Shown: positions 21,590-33,638 of the stretch, in pieces | Layout: the number at the start of each line of letters is the position of its first letter | How positions within the stretch are numbered: the first letter of the stretch is position 1 | Assembly (NCBI RefSeq): GCF_001194135.2 | Contig: NC_068997.1 | Location: 523,813-569,483 of the forward strand | DNA from: Octopus bimaculoides | Taxonomy: Eukaryota | Length of the DNA stretch: 45,671 nucleotides | Direction: 5' to 3' | The notes under the pieces: model-generated | What the model saw: only the letters and a program-made list of their open reading frames with translations | Database searches by the model: none | What the model was told of the DNA's origin: nothing | Program-made: the position numbers and the translations under genes

Positions 21590-23230
21590 AGAGCATCCGC
21601 TCAGCTTCCTCCTTTATGGACAGGTCATATGATACCCTCTCTTAACAGTTTGGGAAGTTTCCCACATGCAAGGAAACTCTGAAAGAACATCTGCAGTGGT
21701 TTTGCGAGAGCTTTCTTGCATGCTTTTCGGAGAACAGACAGAAATCCATCTGGGCCCGTTGCTGAGTTAGAGCTCAACTCATCAATAACCGATATTACAT
21801 CTTCCTCTTTTACGTTGATGTGATCGATGGTTGCCTTTTTCCCATGTAGGTCTGCAATGGTGAAGAATTCTTTAGGCTCGCTTACTTGCCAGTTTCCCAG
21901 TGGAGAGGTGAAGACACGCTGGAACTGATTATTTAGTACTTCATTTATCCTCTTGGAGTCTGTAGTTAGTGAGACGTCTTCTTCAAACAGTGGCCTTAAC
22001 TTGTAGTGCACTGAGGCAGATTCTTTCACGAACTTGTAGACGGCTTCGGGATTTATTTTTATATTCTCCACCGCCTTGGTTTCTCTTTCTTCACTTTCCT
22101 TTTCATGGCAGAATCTGAGCTTATTTTTGATCTCTAAAAGTCTCTCTACTTGGAGGGATTTCTTGCTGTCAATAAGCTGTTTATTTAAGCGATTGGAGAT
22201 CTTTATTCTCTGTCTCAAGAACTTTCCAGTCTCGGGGAATAATGTTTTTGTATGTGGTTGCTCTCTTCTCTGGGACAAGTTTAATGCATATGACTCGCAT
22301 TATTGACTCGAATTCTTTAAGTTTCATATCAATGTCTTGCTTAGAAAGACTTTTAGGCCAATTTTGCTGGATAATCTGTTTTTCAGTTGACTCCCAATTA
22401 GCCTTGTAGAAGTTCAGACTAGACAGAGTTTGGGTACCATCTGTTTGGAATACATCATTAATTGGTTTTGGACCATACGTCGTTAGTTCTACCATGTTGT
22501 GGTCTGAGAAGATTGTCGGTGTTATCTTTACGCTGTGGATACGATCTACGTCGTTGTTGAAACAGAGGTCTAATATGTTATCTTTCCTGATTGGGGAGAG
22601 TATTGTTTGCTCCATCAACAGCATTTTTGTGAGGTCAAGTTGCCTTAAATGCACTATGAGTGTGTCACAGACCGAGTTTGAGTGTGACAACAGGGTTAGT
22701 GGTGTGACATCTTCACGGATATGCAATGCAACACCGCCGCGACTTCTTTCTCTTCTATTTGCACGGAACACTGCATACGTTGGTATGTGTATCTCTACCT
22801 CATTTATATTGCTTGATTGCATGCAGAAAGATCCTTCAGGTATACAGTCTTTTGATTGCTGTTGATTTGTAGATCTCTAATATTTACTAAAAGAATTGGT
22901 GTGATTGCCAGTTTTGCGGTAATAGTGGCCACTCTGGGTCTGTTATTTGTGACGGTTCTGTATATGAGTGGGTGTGGTTTAGTTGTGTTTGCAACCATGC
23001 TAGCTACTGTACCATCTTTTGTTACTCTATGGTTGCAGCTTACACTGCATCCGCATACAGTTTTTTGGCCTTTGTTGTCGGCCTGTAGTGTGGTAAGAGT
23101 TCTTCCGGGCGTGGGCTTCTCCTATCTTGTTGGAGGTGCGTTTTGCCGTGTGTACCATTCTGCTTGAGCTTTGGTTGTGCAAAGCGACAGTTTGTCGCCA
23201 TCTCTCCATGCTAGCAGATACCTTTTTACA
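21590..23230 (-). mobile_element. Decayed CR1-like LINE, 5' portion (ORF1 CCCH-like remnant, AP endonuclease, pre-RT region)
   Basis: GIC*HGEMATNCRFAQPKL; YAVFRANRRERSRGGVALHIRE; NILDLCF...IFSDHNMV; NNQFQRVF...GPDGF...ALAKPLQ...IIxPVHKGG. Confidence 0.9.
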
Positions 23231-23857
23231 TGAAAAGGTTTATATGGTAGTTATAAAGAATGATCTTCTATAATGGTATATGGATATAAGCTCAGCAACT
23301 TAAAGCTAGCGTACGGTACAGAAACAAATTCATCTTTAATGGCCAGTTAAAATTGTTTCTCTACCATCTCTGTTTTCAATGCCAGTTCAAGCACAAGTTC
23401 AAAGTGTAATGTTAAGTAATATCTTCATTGTCTTATTCAGTTTATATTTTACTCTTCGCTAAGCAGACACGATGGTTTTACCATTATGAAAACCAGGATT
23501 TTCTACACTATGTTTCCTTTTATTATGCAGGTCAATTATTCCTCAATAAAATCAAAGCCTCTTGTCCGATTTTCTTGAAATTTTTACGGAATATGTAGGG
23601 TTATGTATTCCATGTCTCATGTACTTTTCGTTTAAATCGGTGTGCATTTAAAGTGGAAAAAAAAAACACGTTTATAGGGTGTTTCTTTTTATTATGCAAA
23701 TTAACAAATATCATATAAACTACATATAATGTGATTTACATATAGAACAATACATAATCAGGCCATTAATATATATGTATATTTTCCACTATATAATTAT
23801 ATTTTCAAACAATTCTGAATATGGCTCCAATGTGTGTGTGTATATGTGTGTGCGTGC

Positions 23858-23937
<80 letters not shown>

Positions 23938-25093
23938 AACATTAGGATTTTGACAACTGTTGTTCTTATAGAACTTACATATACCCAAGAAAGAATATTA
24001 GAACCATTTTACCACTGATTAGGATAGATATCTAATGTAGCTACTTGGCAAGGTAATACGAGAAAAAGATCTCTTTAGAACTATCAAGAAAAATAAAAAT
24101 AAATCCTACAAAAGGATGAATGATACTAAAAAAATATATTTAAGCATGTCCTGTTTTATTATATAATTTATATCCTACAAAGTGGCTTCCAGCTAAATAT
24201 ACAATATACATACATAACTCATTTATGATGTTTGATTAATGTACATAGAGAATAGACTGAATAGACAGAATCAAATTATTTTTTTGTATTCTGACATTAT
24301 TTTCCTAATTTATGAATATTGTACTAATATTTAATGTTTGTTCATGCAAATCATGGAATTACACAGAATGTAAGACTTGACTATACAAGTGTAAAAGAAT
24401 ATACATTTTCAGAGGACTGTGAACTCTTCTTTATTTTTCAGTGATGACCGCACCCTTCCCTCTTTTCTTCTTATTTTTTCCATCCTAAAACTGACATCTT
24501 TGAAAGGTGATCAGTTCTTGTGAAAAAATGTGATTATTTACAAATATGCATACAATGAAAAAAGAAAAAAGAAAGAAAGGAAAAAGAAAAACGAAAAATG
24601 CTTTGTAATGAAATTTCATTGAATTGACCACATCAAATTGAAAANNNNNNNNNNNNNNNNNNNNNNNNNNNNNNNNNNNNNNNNNNNNNNNNNNNNNNNN
24701 NNNNNNNNNNNNNNNNNNNNNNNNNNNNNNNNNNNNNNNNNNNNNNNNNNNNNNNNNNNNNNNNNNNNNNNNNNNNNNNNNNNNNNNNNNNNNNNNNNNN
24801 NNNNNNNNNNNNNNNNNNNNNNNNNNNNNNNNNNNNNNNNNNNNNNNNNNNNNNNNNNNNNNNNNNNNNNNNNNNNNNACAAAACAAAAAAAACAAAAAC
24901 AATATTTTCCTCTTCTAAACAAAGCAAAAAAGCATCCGATTCATATAAATGAACAACGAAACATTCTGTTCTCACTATTTTGATTTTATCTTGACGAGTT
25001 CGAAAAACGGACGAAAGCGCTAATACAGAATTATCCAAAATTCTGGCTGCCTCCTTCTTCTCAATATACACTATCTGTACATCACTTCAAACA

Positions 25094-25149
<56 letters not shown>

Positions 25150-25989
25150 GGGGTAGATTTAGTTAACTAAACCTTTCGAAGCCCACTGACTGACACAAGT
25201 AAAAAGTTAAAGAGAGAATGAATAAAAATCCGAAGTCGATATTTGTAAGACTGGAATGCAACACTGTGCATTGATAGTGCATTGGGGCAAAGAATAATGC
25301 AACTGTGTTTATTATTCATGCCTTTCCCTATAGTAGTAGTAGTGTGAGTTGTAGATAGGTCAACACTCCTGACTTTAAACACGAGTGCATTTTGCACCAA
25401 AAGCCAATATGAGAGTTTCTCTCATGGTATCTACTACAGTATAGTTTGTTCTAATAGAACATCCAAGTTTAAGTGGGGATAAATATTACCTCTCGTGTTA
25501 ATACTGCTTCTGTCGCTAAATATATACTCCTGACTTTGTATAAACAGCATCAAATATGTCAGCAGTGAAAACTAATTGCATTATCGACATCTCACACTAC
25601 CATTATTATCGCTATCACACTCCACCACGCCTACTACCGCCGCCACTACCACCGCCGCCTCTGCTAGTGCTGTTGCTGCGACTGCTGTTGAAAGTTATTC
25701 AGTAGTAGTCCACAGAGAAAGAGAAATAAGACCTTTTAAAAAAAGAGGAAGAACAGCAACTTATATTACCTGGACAATAAGTATTCTAAAACAATACTAA
25801 CAACAAACATGCAGACGATAAAAACCAGCAATAACCACAATAACAACACCTACAACAGCCACAAAAACAAAAAGTAAAACAAAAAACCCATCACAACAAG
25901 CAGACAACAATAACAATAGTAACAACAATAACAACAGCTTAAAGCGTAAATAAAATGTTATTTGACGGCCAGTGTCTTGAGGGACAGTG

Positions 25990-26118
25990 TCCAGCAGTGA
26001 CGTACAGAGCAGCTGACTAAGCTTGATCCAGTTTCACTCAGGAAGTGGATTGAAGGAGCAGGCAGGGATTAGGTGAAGAGCCTCCGGGTAAAATGGGGAA
26101 AGTACGGCGGTGGTGAGT
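25990..26118 (+). promoter_or_regulatory. Candidate promoter/first exon: motif cluster, Kozak-like ATG and strong donor
   Basis: TGACGTA (25998), CAGCTG (26010), TGACTAA (26014), CAGGAAGTG ETS-type site (26039), aaaATGG (26093), GTG/gtgagt donor (26112/26113). Motif evidence only. Confidence 0.3.
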
Positions 26119-26517
26119 TNNNNNNNNNNNNNNNNNNNNNNNNNNNNNNNNNNNNNNNNNNNNNNNNNNNNNNNNNNNNNNNNNNNNNNNNNNNNNNNNN
26201 NNNNNNNNNNNNNNNNNNNNNNNNNNNNNNNNNNNNNNNNNNNNNNNNNNNNNNNNNNNNNNNNNNNNNNNNNNNNNNNNNNNNNNNNNNNNNNNNNNNN
26301 NNNNNNNNNNNNNNNNNNNNNNNNNNNNNNNNNNNNNNNNNNNNNNNNNTTTTATGTAAACTCCAGAGGCTAAAGGTTTGGTAATACAGACATACACACA
26401 CTCGTACATACGTATATGTGCGTGTGTATACACATATGTACATCTGCATATATATATATATATATATATACAAACGTACATATGTACACACACTCATACA
26501 TACATAAATGTGCGTGT

Positions 26518-26564
<47 letters not shown>

Positions 26565-27049
26565 TATATGTGTGTGTGGCGGGGTAAGTTTATTTACTAG
26601 ACCTTTACAGAGGTGTAATAATGTTTAATCTAGTTTTGAACAAGTCTGTCAACTAGTCACAAATACATTACTCAACTCAGATATATCAGTTAATATATAT
26701 ATATATATTACTTAACTTTACTTTCTGAAATATCAAATACTTTAATTAACAAGAGAAAAGCTTTATTCCAATGTGCATGTATACAATGTATGGTTTAATA
26801 CATACATAAGCATACAGTATACATAATAAATTCAAAACACACTCGGAGTAATGCATCGCTTAGTACTACTCCATTTTGCGCTTGTTCGATATATCATTTT
26901 TCTTTGAAGAGAACACGAGTGTTGTACTGAAAGTGATGCGAAAATAGGCATAATTTTATCAATTGAAGTAGGCCGTTCATATTGTACTTGTTGGTAGAAT
27001 AACTCCTTGTTTATAGTAACTCTTCTCCCTGTTCTTCACTGTACGTAAG

Positions 27050-27990
27050 TAATGGGTATCAAGCAGAAGCAATGTCATTGAGTTCTTGACAAAGACACCC
27101 ACAGAAAACCAGAAGTCGTTTGCAGAGATGATAAGTGCAAAGTGCACAGATGGCTGAAGAAGTTTAAAGAAAGGATAATCACCCTTGAAGACAAACCATG
27201 CAGTGAGAGACCATCACTGCAACTACTGGCACGACTCACTGGCGAGTAGACAAATTGATTCGCGTAGACAGACAAGTCATAATCCATGAGCTTGTTGCGC
27301 AACTGGTCTGTGGTCACGATGCATCACAGTAGATGGAGGGAAACTTTGAGTATCAAAAATGTGTAAAATATGACTTCGGCAGTTGACACCCGATTTGAAA
27401 GAGATAAGGGTGGAAGCCTTCTCTGATCTGCTGAGCGTTTCTTTATGAACCGGAAACGAAGGATCAATTCCTGGAATGACATCACATCTCTTCTCCAAGG
27501 TCTAAAATGTTCAAGAGCCAACGATCAGCATAGAAATTGATGGCGACTATTTTGTGGGGTAACAAGGGCGTCATTCTAACTTCATTTTTCTGGAAAACAG
27601 CTGTACGATGTAAGCGGTACATTGAGACACTTAAAAAGCTTAGAGAAACCTTTAGAAGGAAGATACAAACAAGAATCTCTAAACGACCCATTTACACCAT
27701 ACCAATGCTTGATCATACATCTTTAGCAACAAAACTGGCAATCAGGAAATTGGGCTGGTCAGTGGTTTCCCCATACACTGTACATTCCGGATCTGGAACC
27801 TTCCGACTTCCATCTGTTCGGTCCAATCAAGGAGAATCTTTGGGAACAGCGTTTTGAAGGCACAGAGAAGGTGAAAGTGATTGTAGAGACATGGCTACAA
27901 CAGTGCAAACATGAAATTTTTTCAAAAGATTCCAGAGTTGGATTTAATGATAACACAAATGCATCGGTTGTAATGGAAACAATGCTGAAT
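27050..27990 (+). pseudogene. Decayed mariner transposase
   Basis: VHRWLKKFKERIITLEDKPCSERP; LMATILWGNKGVIL; YIPDLEPSDFHLFGPIKENL (YSPDLAPSD-like); many indels and stops. Confidence 0.85.
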
Positions 27991-28410
27991 AGTGACTTCG
28001 CGAACATGTAAGAAAATGTAAGAAACAATGATTCACACTCATGCATTCTCCCACAAACACCCAAATTATTCACACAATTTTTTTATCTGTCAAAAGAGCT
28101 GGAAACTTCTTCGAAAAGTTTGAGGCATCAGAGATGCGCAAATTTGTCTATTAATAGTTTGCTTGGTTTTCAAAGAACGGTGAGTCTTATTTCATCTTCC
28201 TTCTCTTTATTTTCTTCGTAATTTACCTACAGAGGGATTTCGTTGCCGTTTGCAAGAAATTGTTTTATCTCACCTGTTTTCGTTAGTATCTTTTTTCTCT
28301 CTTTTTCCATTTATCCTTTCACCGATCGTTTGTAAATTTTCATATTATTTCTTTCACATCGCAGATATGAGTCTGAAGTTTCCTGTCACGTCTCTCTTGT
28401 TTGCTCTCAG

Positions 28411-28440
28411 AAGAGCCACTGCTCCTTGACTTTTCTTCAG
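28411..28440 (+). other. Candidate 30-nt microexon
   Basis: tctctcttgtttgctctcag acceptor and CAG/gtaacg donor; phase 1-1 reads EEPLLLDFSS. Confidence 0.25.
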
Positions 28441-28745
28441 GTAACGTTCTCAGCCTGCGTTCAACTGCAGTAGACAGTTGTCAAGACGGGTAAACAAGTC
28501 TAGAAGTCTAGTATGAGAGAATAGAACTCGTAGGACAGGCTATCCAGTGTCAGCAATTTATGCTCAGCAAGTCAGTCACTTCACTGAGGTTGGCATTTTG
28601 TAGGATTCTGCCTCCCTGATTGTGTCTCATTAAATCCTTGTAGACATCTCAGTCGTAACTGCATTCCTACATATCACCAGTCCTAACGCAATAGAACCTG
28701 GCAGCAGATTGACCTTTTTACCAACGGAACCCATCTCTTCCACAG

Positions 28746-28784
28746 GAAATCAAAGGACAGACGCATTTACGACATTCTAGTCAG
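28746..28784 (+). other. Candidate 39-nt microexon
   Basis: ccatctcttccacag acceptor and CAG/gtgtga donor; phase 2-2 reads KSKDRRIYDILV. Confidence 0.25.
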
Positions 28785-29064
28785 GTGTGACTTCTGGCAA
28801 GGCTCGACGGTCAGGCTTTGTTGTTGTTGTTGCTGCTGTTGTTGTTTAACTTCAGGTTAGTTCTGGTTGAGGAGACCGAAAGAGTTCCAGCTATGGGCAT
28901 CACCTCTTGATTTAGATACAGTTTCCTCATGGCCATATTATCCGACGTGGTTAAGATGGTAAGTCACTTCTGGGAGTAATTTGAATGCCATTTCTCGCAT
29001 GTTGGGCGACTACATAACTCTCTGTAATAAATACTAAATGTGGTGTACACATATGTTTAATATA

Positions 29065-29292
29065 GGCGGCGAGCTGGCAGAAACGTTAGCACGCCGGGCG
29101 AAATGCTTAGCGGTATTTCGTCTGCCGCTACGTTCTGGGTTCAAATTCCGCCGAGGTCGACTTTGCCTTTCATCCTTTCGGGGTCGATTAAATAAGTACC
29201 AGTTACGCACTGGGGTCGATATCGACTTAATATGTTTGTCTGTCCTTGTTTGTCCCCTCTGTGTGTAGCCCCTTGTGGGTAGTAAAGAAATA
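29065..29292 (+). mobile_element. SINE family A, well-preserved copy
   Basis: A-box-like TGGCAGAAACGTTAG, B-box-like GGTTCAAATTCC; flanking ACACATATGTT at 29047-29057 and 29293-29303. Confidence 0.92.
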
Positions 29293-29403
29293 ACACATAT
29301 GTTAGCTTTGTCCAACATTTCAGAGATGGATTTCTCTCTGTCCATTTCTGACTTCAAGCGTTTTAACCTGATCCTCGATCAAGAGCTGACGTTGCCTATC
29401 CAC

Positions 29404-29597
29404 CTGCCGAGTTGTAAACCCATCGATTTGACCAAGTTGATGAATGAACGTGCTACCACATTGTATTCAATATGGGGTTGAACGATTGGATTTCCGTGAT
29501 TTTCGACAATACGACAGTAATATCGACATATATTGAACACAGCTCTTGTTTGTCCCAGTTCCAGCGAAAGGCACCTCGATACCTTCTGTCCCAAGAT
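29404..29597 (-). other. Candidate coding exon of unknown product
   Basis: ctctttgtcttttgtag acceptor; 64 open codons ILGQKVSRCLSLELGQTRAVFNICRYYCRIVENHGNPIVQPHIEYNVVARSFINLVKSMGLQLG; CAG/gtggat donor. No family recognised. Confidence 0.25.
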
Positions 29598-29742
29598 CTA
29601 CAAAAGACAAAGAGATTTTCTGACGGATCGAAATGTATTTTTAAATGGCTCCGATACATTAGCCATTTAATTTGACCACTAATACTGTTTTCTATTGTCA
29701 TTTCTCTGCCAAACAATAGGCTTTAATGTTTCTCATTAGAAT

Positions 29743-29952
29743 AGGGTAGTGATCTGGCAGAATCATTAGCACACCGGGAAAATTCCTCAACGACATTTCG
29801 ACCGTCTTCATGTTCTGAGTTCAAATTTCGCTGTGGTCAACTTTACCTTTCGGAGTCGATAAAATAAATAGCAGTTGCATACTTGGATCGATATAATCGA
29901 CTTAGCCCCTTCCCCGAAATTACTGGCCTTGTTCCAAAATTTGAAACCAATA
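29743..29952 (+). mobile_element. SINE family A with perfect 14-bp TSD
   Basis: TTTCTCATTAGAAT at 29729-29742 and 29953-29966. Confidence 0.92.
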
Positions 29953-30578
29953 TTTCTCATTAGAATGACTAACTGGGTCTTGACGTTCGTCCATCAACTC
30001 TCACCATATTAACTTGCTAATCACTCGCTCCATTTAACATTTCATCAAGTTGTTTATGGGTTTCACATATTGTAAAGATATTAATTCCACGAACAAATAT
30101 TAAAGTATTCTTTCTTCTTATTAGCGACAACATTGATGAGACAGAGATTAAGAGAAAGTAATAGGAGCGTCTAATAGTCGATATAAGAAGCAATATGTAG
30201 TTTGATACTTGGCCACTTTGAGTTGTATTAGCTTAACCTATCATCATCATTTGTGATTTTTTTTTACCTCGGAATATATAAAATAACAAGTAGTAATGTT
30301 ATGTTAGTTCTCTTGACTATAAACCCTTCTCTGGACTAATCACGTGCTTAGTTAAAAAGAAATATGTTGGGACACTATCTTTGAAAGGGCCTTTCTTTAT
30401 TTGAATGCCTCATTTAGCTGGTTTTATTTATTAAGTTATCTCAGTCAGTTTGGTTGAAATAGAATTTCTTGGAGTCAAGTTTGGATATTTTTTAAAACAT
30501 GAAGTTATTACCAATTGCTCCTGGCCTTAGAAATTCATAAATTTTTGTAGTTCTATGGAAATGAAATATTCTTGAATA

Positions 30579-30630
<52 letters not shown>

Positions 30631-30856
30631 AAATCTCTCTATATTTATCTTTGTTTTACTACAATGACAAAAAATAATAATAATAGTAAATAAAAAGAAA
30701 GCGGCGAACTGTTAGAGCAGGTTACTTATATATAAGTGGATTGACCCTGACAAGTATAGAATATTAATAACAAAGGAATGAGTTTCGGAATTGGCAATAC
30801 ATTTATTTTTTTCTAACTGAAAGCAATTAGCCATCAGCTATTGCAGCTGTCTGTAG

Positions 30857-30971
30857 ATGTCAGCAAAATTTTGAGATCCACAAAAACGAGAATTTTTTTG
30901 AACCGCTTCCTCCTACAAGACGTCTCAAAAGTTCAGACAATCTCCAACAGTCCAATGATGACAATACACAA
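30857..30971 (+). other. Candidate coding exon
   Basis: ctgtctgtag acceptor; open frame CQQNFEIHKNENFFEPLPPTRRLKSSDNLQQSNDDNTQ; CAA/gtaaaa donor. Confidence 0.25.
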
Positions 30972-31044
30972 GTAAAACAGGAAAAATGCTTAATGAAAGA
31001 CAAAAGTGAATTTGCAGAGAATTGTATAACTTTTACTTTTTTTC

Positions 31045-31385
31045 AGTCATACTGTAGCAGCCATGCTGTAGCACAAACTTGACAAGTTTTGGTCGAACGA
31101 ATCGATCGCAGTATTTATTCTTTAAAACCTGGTACTTATTCTATCGGTTACAGTTTACGGGAACGTAAGCAAATCAACACCAGTTGTCAAGCGCTGGTGG
31201 GAGATAATACATATAATACACACACACGCATACATACAACAGGCTTCTTTCAGTTTCCATCTACCAAATACATTCACAAGGATATAGTAGGAAACACCAC
31301 TTGCCGAAAGTGCCATGCAATGGGACTGAACCTGGAACCATGTGGTTGGTAAGTAATCTTTTTACTGCACAGTCATCCTGCACCA
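31045..31385 (-). mobile_element. SINE family B, degraded
   Basis: Reverse complement shows head (GGTTCAGTCCC), AATAAGTACCAGG body and tail. Confidence 0.75.
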
Positions 31386-31397
31386 AATGATACTTTA

Positions 31398-31437
<40 letters not shown>

Positions 31438-32451
31438 NNNNNNNNNNNNNNNNNNNNNNNNNNNNNNNNNNNNNNNNNNNNNNNNNNNNNNNNNNNNNNN
31501 NNNATATATAGTGCGTATGTGCACGTGTGTACTTGTATACACAATTCTTTCACGCACAGTTATTCTTATGTATATATATTTGAAACGTCATCGTACTCAA
31601 AATATCGTTTAATCATTTAGGAAATGCATTTTGAAAAAAAAAAAAAAAATTAAAATGCCATGCTTTCGTAATGAAGAGTCCACATCGTTTAATTTTGGGT
31701 CGTAGATTTCAGAATTTATGTATTAAATTCTTTCAGAGTGACCTTTTCAAATATAGTGCATATGGAATGCACATATTAGTAGCAGTAGGAATTATGATAG
31801 AAAACGTAGTAATTTTAACTTTTAAAGGAATTTTTGACGCTTTTCCCATATATATAAGCAGATAAGATAATGGTGTAATCTTTGGTTAGTAAAGTATTAA
31901 ATCTCACTTCTTGACTGATCATAATTATAAAATTACAATGATAAACGTCTTAGCTATATTAATGAAGTGGTAGTTTGGGATGATTAATTGGGCGTTCTTT
32001 TCCCGTGACTAATTCTACTCTCTGACCTTAGACTGAATTCTAAACATACCAATATTTAAAATTTTCTAAAGAACTGTTAAGTGAGTGACAGACATCTAAT
32101 CGGCAAAAGTGAAATTGTTCTTAATGCAATATTTTACCTTCTAAAACAGAAAAATTATTGTTGACGTCATAAGAACTCAAAAACTTTGAAGGAACGTCAA
32201 ATAATTCATTCTTGGGAAAGTGAAACTAGAAACAATGGGTTAGAAATTCACACATAAAAGTCAAATTCCGCTCTTGAAACACTAACTTTCATCTCTTATA
32301 AGCACGAAAGAGGTTCTACCATTAAACCAAAGTTACTTTGTGGGTTTCTCTATCCATTTTAGTGACTTTATAATTATCGGTGAGAATCGTGTGTTGTTGA
32401 TGTCATAAGGATTTAGAAAATTCGAGACAATGTGAAGTAATTCTTTTTTGT

Positions 32452-32548
32452 AACAGTGAAACTCGAAGCAGATGTAGCCTTCAGCCTTTTCTATCCAAAA
32501 GGTTTTTTAACTCAATTTATAGCTTTATCTGCTTCGAGTTTAACTGTT
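32452..32548. other. 97-nt foldback (27-bp arms, 24 of 27 complementary); possible tiny MITE or hairpin RNA
   Basis: AACAGTGAAACTCGAAGCAGATGTAGC (32452-32478) versus GCTTTATCTGCTTCGAGTTTAACTGTT (32522-32548). Confidence 0.8.
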
Positions 32549-32580
32549 CTAGAAGAAAATATAATTATTACTAAATTTTC

Positions 32581-32847
32581 GGGCAGCGAGCTGGCAGAAT
32601 CATTAGCGAGCTGGCAGAATCATTAGCGAGCTGGCAGAATCATTAGCGAGCTGGCAGAATCATTAGCGTCAGTCAAAATGCTTAGGGACGTTTTGTCCCT
32701 CCTTATATTCTGAGTTTAAATTCCGCGTGGATTGACTTTGCCTTTCATTCTTTCGGAGTTGATAATACGTACCAGTTGTGTACTGGGGTCGATGTAATCG
32801 ACTTATCCATTCCCAGAATCTGCTGGCCTTGAGCCAAAATTTTAAAC
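32581..32847 (+). mobile_element. SINE family A with a 20-bp head segment repeated four times and an (ATT)n tail
   Basis: (GCGAGCTGGCAGAATCATTA) x4 at 32586-32665, then a normal family A body. Confidence 0.9.
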
Positions 32848-32908
<61 letters not shown>

Positions 32909-32909
<1 letters not shown>

Positions 32910-33368
32910 GTATGTTAGAGAGCAGTGCATGCCATCAAAGTGACACTGGGGTACAAAATTTACGAAGCCCAGTAAACCCATCATGACTACCCGTCTGATA
33001 AGGGTACACCAGGCACATGCATCACAACCATGTGTGTGCGACATAGTGGGCTCTTATCAAGATAAACAGCACACGACCTTGCAGGTGGGGCGCAGTGAGA
33101 ATTTTCTTCAGGTCGAGTAGCCAATCCCGCTCAAAAGGTCCCTGAATAAGGGTTATCTAAGGATGTTGAACAAAAAAGCCATGTTTCCAGAGCTGAATTA
33201 TCCAAACTCCAAATTCCTCTCAACACATGGTTATGATGCTTCCTCACTACTTCTGCTTTTGATCAGAGATGCTCATATCGTCAACTATCAAGGGACATGC
33301 TGAACTGGTTAAGGTCAAGTAACTGACAAGAAAATCTGTGGTTTTGAGAAGAATATTTGCTATAGCCC

Positions 33369-33369
<1 letters not shown>
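32909..33369 (-). mobile_element. About 460-bp non-coding interspersed element between two (ATT)n tracts; possibly the 3' UTR of a LINE
   Basis: Bounded by (ATT)n at 32848-32908 and 33370-33415; resembles an abundant octopus repeat from memory; no coding motif seen; strand inferred from the (AAT)n tail. Confidence 0.5.
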
Positions 33370-33415
<46 letters not shown>

Positions 33416-33418
<3 letters not shown>

Positions 33419-33638
33419 CGAGCGTGCTGGCAGAACCGTTGGCACACCGGACAAAGTGCTTAGCGGCATTTCATTTGTCTTTACGTTCAGAGTTTAAATT
33501 CCGCCGGGGTCAACTTTGCCTTTCATCCTTTTGGGGGTCGATAAAATAAGTGCTAGTTGAGTACTGCGGTTGTTGTAATCGACTTACCTCCTCCCCTGAA
33601 CGTGCTGGCCGTGTGCCAAAATTTGAAGCCATTATTAT
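33416..33638 (+). mobile_element. SINE family A
   Basis: Family A head and body ending in ATTATTATTA. Confidence 0.88.

Noticed and set aside
23797-23988. GICKFYKNNSCQ as a CCCH zinc finger exon
   Set aside because: Motif is incomplete, runs into a (CA)n tract and lacks a convincing acceptor.
24441-24494. C/D box snoRNA (GTGATGA ... CTGA)
   Set aside because: No terminal stem, short span and low-complexity pyrimidine interior.
24900-25075. Protein-like frames on both strands (IVYIEKKEAARILDNSV..., DEFEKRTKALIQNYPKFW...)
   Set aside because: Acceptors lack a polypyrimidine tract or are atypical, and no family is recognised.
25576-25800. Thr/Ala-rich ORF as a transcription-factor low-complexity region
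   Set aside because: Explained by a degenerate (ACC/GCC/GCT) trinucleotide tract; TTG start and no splice support.
29065-29160. tRNA genes at SINE heads
   Set aside because: A and B boxes are present, but there is no complete cloverleaf and each continues into a SINE body.
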